From contig MU058781.1 of NCBI GenBank assembly GCA_013265495.1, forward strand, positions 3,287,050-3,351,049: a DNA stretch of 64,000 nucleotides, in the 5' to 3' direction. The notes under the pieces are model-generated. The model saw only the letters and a list, made by a program, of their open reading frames with translations. It ran no database searches and was not told the DNA's origin. The translations under genes were made by a program, and so were the position numbers. Every line of letters starts with the position of its first letter. The first letter of the stretch is position 1. The DNA comes from Vicugna vicugna (taxonomy: Eukaryota). Below, in pieces: positions 55,701-64,000 of this stretch.

Positions 55701-56880
55701 GTTGTGTCTTGGTGTTATTTTCTCCTACTTGGGGTACAAAACTTTTCTACCCCTTCTCTTTTCTTTTTGTCTTTCGGAATTCAAATTATATGTATTTTAT
55801 GGATACTTAAAATTGTCCCATAAGACTCCTAGGCTCTGTTCAATTTTTTGTCTTTTTTCTTTTTGTTTTTCAGTTTGCATGGTTTCTATTCCTATGTCTT
55901 CAAAGTCACTGATCTTTTCTTCTGCATTGTTTAATCTTCTGTTAACCCCATGCAGTGAAACCTTTAATTCAGATACAGTATCTTTTAGCTTTAGTTTTTA
56001 TTGGTTCTTTTTGAGGTCCTAAATTTTTCTCAATTTCTCTCATGTTCATGTTTACTTTTCAATCCTTGAGTATAAATAAAATAGTTGTGTCTTAGTCCTT
56101 GTCTGCAAATTCTGTTATCTCCATTATTTCTAGGTCTGTTTCTGTTGACTGGTTTCTCTCCTGGTTATAGTTTATGCTTTTCTGCTTTCTCATTTACCTA
56201 GTAATTTTTGACTGAATACTGAGCATTGTGCTATCACTTGTTGACACTCTGGATTTTGTTGGACTCCACTATAGAGTGTTGAGTTTTGTTCTAGCTAGCA
56301 ATTATTTGTGTGATTCTTCCAAAACTAGTTTTAAATTTTGTTTTGGATGGGTCTGGGGTATTTTCTTCCTCTAGGGCTAGTTTAGTCTTTCTACTACAGC
56401 CTTTTGGAGTCTGTACAGAATGCTACAGGTGTTCAATGAATGTACTCTATTCTTAATGATCAGAATTTGAATAAGCCCAGCTTTCCAGCAATTTTTCTTT
56501 CCCCAGAAGTTGTAGTTTGCACAAAACTTTGACTCTCAGCTAAAAACTCAAGGGGATTTCTTTACCTCTATTCTGTGTAGCTTTCTCACCTCCAGTACTC
56601 TAATTCTCATATTCCAACTTCCTTAATCTCTATCTCTTCATCTCAGCAAGACTGCTGAACTCTACTTGATATCCACGTCTCTGCACCAGATCTTTGAAGT
56701 GACTCCAGACAGAAATCTGTGGAGATCATGGGGCTTACCTCATTTTTCACCCTTTTCTCATGTATTTCAGTTTGTCTGAACTGTCTGAAAACAGTTGTTT
56801 TTAAGTTTTGCCCAGTTCCTAGTTTTTTACAGTCAAAGGTCAAGTCAGATTTCTCTGTCATATCTGGAAGCTGAAATTCT
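52800..56880 (-). mobile_element. Large ancient antisense L1 (RT, EN, ORF1 and 5' remnants)
   Basis: T-rich; gagaatggccatccttgtctgttcttgatcttag (RT); ORF 54526-54828 ISKYINEKL...DKFIIIVENFNT resembles L1 EN. Confidence 0.85.
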
Positions 56881-56949
56881 GCCCTTCATTTAGAGTTTGT
56901 ACCCTATTTCCTTCCTTCCTCTCTCTTTATATTTTAAATCTTTTCCATA

Positions 56950-58770
56950 CCTCTCAGAAATTCTCGTTTGATTGACTGAAGAAGTCTTTTGAGTGGATAT
57001 ACCATCATTTACATGAGAATCCCTCATAATTTACATAAGAATATCGACCCCAGTTGTAGTGCATTAATATTAATGTACATTTTTATTGCCATAGGAGCAA
57101 ATGAAATTTTTTTGTCAAAGGGAGTAGACATTTGCATGGCTCTTTATGAAAATTACCAAACTGTTATCTAGAAAGATTATTTTAGTTTAAACCCGGCATC
57201 ACTGTATGAGATTGTACATATCACCATGACCTTGCTAGTGCTAGATATTGAAATATTTTTTAACTCTTCAATTTAAGTAAAAATTGGTATCTTATTGTTG
57301 GAACATCATTCATCTGGACGTTCATTTTATTAGTGCTATGCTTGAATTTGCGTAATACCTATTGGCCACTTATTTATTTAAATCCCATCAAGTTAAATTA
57401 TGTACATGTCTTAAAATATCAAATAATGGAGAAAGTTTCGCAATGAAAACAGCCATTCCTTGTCCCATACTTCATCATCCCAGTCCTGTTGCTCAAAGGA
57501 AACCAGTTTTAACTCTTTACACTTTTAAATTAGATCTTACATTGCTACTACTTCAGTTATTAATATTAATGTTTCCTCTCTGCTTCTTACTCTTTTAGGT
57601 TAGACTCTTGCTCCAATCCTCTATCTTTCTTCCCCAATCCTCTCAACATACTTGTATAGTTAAATCAGTAAACAGTGTTTATATTACTGTGTCTGAGTAA
57701 GGATGTTCTTCTCAGAGATGATATTATGTATTACAATTTTCATCTTAGAAAGCTTTTTGCCTTCCTCAAGTTTCTAATTGTTTTTCTTTTCTTCCTGCAA
57801 TATCTTCCTTAAAATGATACCGTTTTGTAGCTTTAGCATAATGTTTAGTGAGTGCCTCCCTTTTTTCTGTACAATCACCTCCCTTCCATCTTCCTGTTTA
57901 TAGGCCATTTACTCTCTAGACCTGCCATTTTATCATCAGGGAACTTTTCCTTAGCTGTTTTCTACATGCAACTCATTTTTTTCTGGATCTCATATTTTTT
58001 TTCTTGATCTTACTTTTTGGTTTTCTATGGATTTTTTTGCAGCATATTCTCAAGTAAATTCCAACAAATCTCACACTTTGAATATGAAATTCCAGGTTTA
58101 AAATAATTCTCATAAACATTTGAGCATCAATTGTTGTTTTATAGCACTCAGTGATTTTGAGAAGTTGAATGAATTCTGGTTCTTATTCTTTGGGAAATGA
58201 CCTTTTATTTTTTGGAATATCTTGGGATATTCTCTCTATCCTTGGTGTTATGAAATCTCATAATTTTGCTCCTGGACCTTCATTGTGCCTGGCATCTGGC
58301 TGACCTTTTCAATCTGGAGACTTTTGTCCTTGAGCTCTGGAAGATTTTCTTAAAATTATTTCTTTTACAACTTTACTCTCTTTGGCTTTCTCTGCTCTTT
58401 CATTCTAGAAATAGTGTCCATCAGATGTTAGATTTCATTGAGTGATTGTTTCACTGAGTGAAATTTGTATTTTGTTTTTCTTCATTTGCCTTTTGTTTCT
58501 GGGATATTTTCTTGACTTTCTATTTTAACTCGTATACATACAACTATTTTGGCAGTCATTTTCTATTTTCAAGAGCACTTTGTTGTTCTCTGTTTCTTTT
58601 TTAAAGCATACAGTTCATCTTTATTCAAAGAACTTTTAATAATATTCTGTTCTTCTTTGTAGTGTCTATTTTCCTAAGACCCTTGTTTTAAAATTTGTCC
58701 TGGTACCCCTCTTTCATATAAAAGTTTCCCATCAAATCCAGGTGACCATTCATTGTGTGTCTGTATTTAA
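56950..58770 (-). mobile_element. Highly degraded antisense L1ME-type fragments
   Basis: Strong T skew; gaccttttcaatctggagac and tttgagaagttgaatg-type motifs. Confidence 0.5.
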
Positions 58771-58939
58771 GCATGAAGCCTTGCTGAGTTTTTACAAAGT
58801 GATAAAAATTTTGAGCTCCTCTCCCACCGTAAAATAACCACTGCAATAAAAAGGCAAAAACAAAAAGTCTTATGCTGACACCTGAGAGGAAGTTATTTAG
58901 CAGGAAAAAAAAAGTTGAATTAGATTTCCATAAAAGCAA

Positions 58940-60170
58940 ATACTGATTGAAGGCACCAACAAAAAGATAAATTTTTAAAATTCTTGTTATATGTGAAACT
59001 TATAAGCATACATCTCAACAGCCCATGGGCAAGAGGATAAATTGTAATGGAAATTTAACATTTAGAACAGAAACATTTTTTTAACTACATATTAAAACTT
59101 GTGGAATGCAGGGACATTCACGGCCTTAAGTGTTTATAGAGAAAAGAGTAAAAATTAAAACCTCCACCTTAAGAAACTAAGCAAAAGAACAAAAGAATAA
59201 TTCAAAGAAAGTAGAAGGAAGAAGATTCCAGAGACAGAGATTAATAAGATAGAAAAATATACAATACAGAGGACCAATATAGAGTGACTTGGTGAAGAGA
59301 TCAAGGGAAAAAAAAAAGGAAAAGGTGCATAAATGATATTAGAAATGAAAAAGGGGACAAAGTTTTAAAAGATAATAAGAAATATGGCAGTTTTATGTAG
59401 AATAATATACCACTTTAGGTAAATTTTGAAATTTAAATAAAATTAATTCTTAGTAAAAGATAATGAATCAAAACTGATTTAAGACATAGAAATGTAGATA
59501 AATCCATAACTATTAAATAAACTGAATCGACAGATAAAATTTTTTCAACAAAAGTGCATCAAAGGTTTTAAAGCCAGTTTTAGCAGACTTGCAAGAAACA
59601 TCATTACACCCTTAACCAGTCTCTTCCAGGGAAAGGAAAAAGGGATACACGCTACCTCATTCAATTAGATTCAGTTCATAATTCATAGTTTTTAAATTAC
59701 AGGAGAAAAGACATATGACCATTTCAATAGACACAGAAAAGTGACGTTACAAAATTTAACACCTACTCATGATTAACAATGACAAAAGCACTAGAAATAG
59801 TCGACTTCATGTTAACAAAACATACAACAACAAAAACAAAACCAAATACAAGACATAAACAGGAGCAAGCATCATTTTTAATGCTGAATGCTAAAAAGCA
59901 TTTAAAATCAGGAAAAAGGCAAGGATGTCCACTTTTCAGGCTTCTGTTTCACCATTGTGCCAGTGGACCCAGTCAGTGTGGTAAGAACATTATATTAAAA
60001 TTATAAGATTGGAAGGGAAGAACCTGTCATTTTTGCAGATTATATGATAGTTTAGGCAAACGTACACGTAAACACACACACAAAACTCTTGGATTAGTTA
60101 TTAGAAATAGAAGTATTGAGCAAGATAAGCTACAAATAACCAAGTTTCAAATGGGTAAAAAGCAGTAAAA
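58940..60170 (+). mobile_element. Ancient sense L1 ORF2 (RT) fragment
   Basis: A-rich; peptide LKSGKRQGCPLFRLLF resembles L1 RT GTRQGCPLSPLLF; tttgcagattatatgat resembles FADDM. Confidence 0.85.
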
Positions 60171-60662
60171 CTATATTAATTTGAGGGGGGGGGGATACTA
60201 AGAAAATCCAAAATGAAAACAGAAAGATCTGCAAAAACATTTCACTCACAGTCATGCACAGCACACGTATCTGATCCTGAAAGTGACCGAGTGCCACCCT
60301 GGCTTGGCTTTCCTGCTCGCCAGTTCCACGAACAGAGTAGTCCCAGTGGCTTCATTTTCTCTTCCCTCTGCCAGGGAAGTTCCAGCTGCTCCCACGGGTT
60401 GACTCAAGAACAGGAAGGGTTACTTCCCCCACCCCAAAACCTCTCTGTTCCCTTGAGACCTCTCAGAAAAGTCTCTAGAGTGGGGAAGGCGTCTGGTGAG
60501 TTCATCCCTAGAGCTCCTGGTATTGGTACACGCATGAGAAACATTGCTGGGTCTTTCCAGTCTCAGGTGCCCCTTTCTTGATCTGGAGCATCTATTAAAT
60601 CTCCTTCCCCCTGGGAAATATTGTTCTATTAGAGGCTGAGAGGAACAAGATACCCTAAGCAT

Positions 60663-60863
60663 TAAGATGTATTATAAATATGAAACTTGCTAAGAGACTG
60701 GATCTTGATTGTTCCCACCTCAAGAATAAATGACGATGATGTATCGGGTAGAGGTGTTAGCTAACACTACAACAGCAATCATACTGCAACATAAATGTTT
60801 CAAATCTGTATGTTGTATACCTTAAAACTTGCACAGTGTTTTATGTCAGTTATAGCTCAATAA
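60663..60863 (+). mobile_element. L1MA-type 3' terminus
   Basis: gaaacttgctaagagactggatctt ... ttgtataccttaaaactt ... gctcaataaa. Confidence 0.8.
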
Positions 60864-61018
60864 ATTATGACATTTGCGCAGCAATTGGAAATTTGAACAC
60901 TAAAAATATGTATTAAGAAACAAATATTTACATATACAGCAGGAAGACATTTTCTCTCACGATAAATCTCAGAATCAGTAATCAGCAAGTGTAGCGTTAG
61001 AATCTAATTTCTCTAGCT

Positions 61019-61225
61019 CAGTGGTTCTCAGCTGAGGCGGTTGTCCAGGGGACTTTCGGCAGTGTCTGGAGACACTGTTAGTTGTCACAGTTCGAAGGGA
61101 TGGTGGTGGTGGGTATTGGTGCTACTGGCATCTGGTGACTAGAGGCTAAACATCCTCTGATATAAGCCCCACAATGAAGAATGGTCTTCCCCAAAATATC
61201 AGCTGTGCTGCGCTTGAGAAACCCT
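61019..61225 (+). mobile_element. MER20 hAT-Charlie element
   Basis: cagtggttctca ... gtgtctggagac ... gctactggcatctggtg ... ttgagaaaccct. Confidence 0.85.
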
Positions 61226-61284
61226 TCCGTGATCCAACAAGTCGTCCTCCAAAGGTTATAAATCTAAACCATCATCACGATAAG

Positions 61285-61545
61285 AACAATGGACATTTTT
61301 TGAGCACTTATATCTGAGACACAGTGCTAAATAAATCGCATATATGTTCTCATGGAACCTCCACGGCTCTTCCTGAATGAAGAAGATACCATTCTTACAC
61401 TTGTTTTACATCTGACAAAACTGAGGCTTAGAGAGGTTTAAAAACTTTTGTAAGATGATCCAGTGACTAAGGGAGAAAACGCTGGAATTCAAACTGATCT
61501 GTCTGACTCCAGGGCCAGAACGTTTAACTAGGCTTAGCTGCCTCC
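61285..61545 (-). mobile_element. MIR SINE, near full length
   Basis: ttttttgagcactta ... aaactgaggcttagagaggtt ... ggaattcaaact ... tctgactccag. Confidence 0.8.
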
Positions 61546-61896
61546 CGAGTCACAGTCAGTGCCCTCATTTACAGAACTTTGTGGAATTCTAACGTAGGTT
61601 TGTTCCTCTTTCAGTCCTCATAGTTAAATGCTCTAATGACATGGGACAGGTTTAGCCCAGACTTGGTTTTGTGCTACGAGAGAAGTGTTTGGTTGAAGAT
61701 TTTGTTTTACTAATACTTGACTTCATGTACAGTGACCTCCGTAAGGTCACACGGCTGGGGTTAAAGGCGAGACTGCGAAAAGCCCTCCCCACCCCTCCAT
61801 CTCCCACTTCCAGGTATCAGGCTTTATGACACTTGATTCTGCCCTCCTCCAAAGAAATGCCTTTTGAAGCTATGCCTTCTTCGCCCTTCCACCCTT

Positions 61897-62150
61897 ATCT
61901 TAGTTTGGGTTAGCCTGAGAGCAGAGCCTGAGGCAAGGATTTGGTTTCAGGTATTCAGTTTGGAAGGTGAGCTCGGGAAACAGGGATGAGGCCGAGTAAG
62001 GGAGGAAGAAAAGCCAGTATAAAGGTGTGTTATTAGGTTGTCAATGTGAGCGTTGGGAGCTCCTGTACCCACTGCTTTAGATCCACCTATTTCAGGCTGC
62101 ACTTGTGCTTGGGCTGAATGTAAAGGGCTTAGAGCAGATGGTGGGTTGAT
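61897..62150. mobile_element. ERVL-type (LTR16/LTR33-like) LTR fragment
   Basis: tcttagtttgggtt ... gcagagcctgaggcaaggatttgg ... ttggaaggtga. Confidence 0.5.
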
Positions 62151-63159
62151 GCAGATGAGCACTGTATCCTTGAGAGGGGATGATTTCAGTGCATTTGGGT
62201 CTGAGTTCACATGGAACTGTCCTCCGCAGCTACAGCTAAATTCAGAATTAGGGCAATGGATATCAACTCATTTCTTCTGGAAGGTTGACCAAGCACAGTG
62301 ACAAAATAGCAGATGCACAGTGATTTCTCCACTAAGTCTTGTTACACCAGTCTCCTGCTGGTGTAACACGGAGCTGTCGTGTATGTGATCAGATGGGTCC
62401 CCGTATGGTTAGCGTGCTGCAGACAGACTTTCTTCTTGACACAGACACATTATCTCTTCACGTTTTTCTTTCAGGATGCTACTGGAATTATCTGGTTTTT
62501 CTGTGAAAGTTCTGAGCAAATCCAAAGAACAAGAGGCAATTGTTAAGGCTTCATTTCTTCCTTCCTGCTCTTGAGGTTGCTAACAATAGTAGTTAACTAG
62601 ACTGAAATTGGAGGCATGTGCATTAAATTAACACAGTTTTACAAATGCAATGTGCTGTGAAGTCTGACAGCCATATTCAAAATGACAAATGCAGGCTGGT
62701 TATTCCCTGAGACAGGCTGAGTGAGATGTGTTACATACATATAAGTGCAATTACAGAATGAGATAGAAAGAAGCCGGAAAACTGCTTGAGTGTGCCTTGT
62801 ATTTTCTTAAAAAATCAGTAGCCATCAGTTATTGAGTGTTTATCATGCTTTAAATCTTTAAGGACACCTTGAGAGAATATGGTAGTAGTTTAGAAGACAG
62901 AACAGTATGTTTACTTGCAGAGAGAACAGAGGCACATGAGGGTCTTCTGTGCAGCTGGCAAGGTTCTATTTCTTATTTCCAAGTGGTGGTTACAGAGATG
63001 TGCTCTTCGCAACACACAATACATTCAGGCTTTATATCTTTTTTTGTAAGTGCGTGATCTTTTGCAGTTGAAAGGAGGTTAAAGTATTAAACATTTGTTT
63101 AATGACTAGATAGAAAAATTATAACTCCTGAGGAGGAGACAATAATAGTGAGAAACTTG

Positions 63160-63285
63160 TAAGCATTATCTCATTTCATCCTTACAATACTCTATGAAGT
63201 AGATGACAGTATTATTACCCCATTGTCAGACGAGGAAACTGAGGCACACAGAGATCAAATTACTTGTCTCAGGTCATACTACCCA
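63160..63285 (-). mobile_element. MIR SINE fragment
   Basis: cccattgtcagacgaggaaactgaggcacacagag ... aggtcatac. Confidence 0.8.
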
Positions 63286-64000
63286 GAGCTCCGGTGAGTT
63301 TTGTTATTTAAACACAATGGTTTTCATTTTTTAAAATGTCAGAGCTGGCCCATTGGAGTGAGGTGCTCAGCAGTTTCTTGGTTTATTCAAAGCCTGAGCG
63401 AGCCTGTGATGGCTTAGTCACTCACTGATGGAAGCTTAGACCCTCAGACCTTGAGGCCCAATGTGACAAGAGCAAAGTGCCCTAGTGCCACATAGGAAGA
63501 AGTCGGCCACCATGTTATTTTAGAGCAGCTGACATTTTTCTGTAGAAACCAGCTACTCTCGTCCATCTCTTGGATTTTCCTTTAGATTAAAAGTTACCGA
63601 TTAATTGTAGCTGCAAAAACAAGAGACCACTTAGTCTAGTTTCTGTAGACTTGATCCCCACCCACCCCCCATCTCTAGCAAGGTGCCGTGTTCAGTGGGT
63701 TTAGGGCTTGGTTTCAGTTGATAACCTTTCCATCCTGTGTCAGGTCTGGTCATCTTTTGAAACAGGCTCCTCTTTAGGACTGATGTCATGTGGATGTGTT
63801 TGTGAATTGGATGAATAATCCCAGACAGCTGCTAATAAAGGACAGTTTAAATATCAAATTAAAATTCATCCTTAGCTGTTAAACGACTCCAATTTGAATC
63901 CTAGTCACCATCCGACATGTTTTATGCAATCAAGCAAGTTTTTATTTGACAACTGTTTTGTGAGTAGTTAGCACGTGTTGTAAGTTTCACAGAAATGGGC

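Overview
Mammalian genomic DNA, almost entirely intronic, from inside the PHACTR1 gene (+ strand). The only recognisable host coding sequence is one 165-nt internal exon at 19489-19653 ([55 protein letters not shown]). The neighbouring exons lie outside the window. The rest is unique intron plus layered transposon relics: ancient L2/MIR/MLT1/MER20/MER58/MER21/L1M, an internally deleted Tigger1, three ERV1-type solo LTRs and several younger L1 3' ends. The L1 3' UTR type, with no visible Alu, B1, BovB/Bov-tA, PRE-1, CHR or Can-SINE, suggests a camelid-like cetartiodactyl (inference). I found no evidence for a new multi-gene system, and nearly all ORFs in the track are spurious or L1 debris. The most interesting observations are an inverted L1 pair flanking a symmetric, stop-free exon, an atypical splice acceptor, a twin-primed L1, a 28-nt L1 micro-insertion, nested LTRs, parallel microsatellite birth and an everted NBRE palindrome. 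Repeat family names come from recalled consensus sequences, and old-repeat boundaries are approximate.
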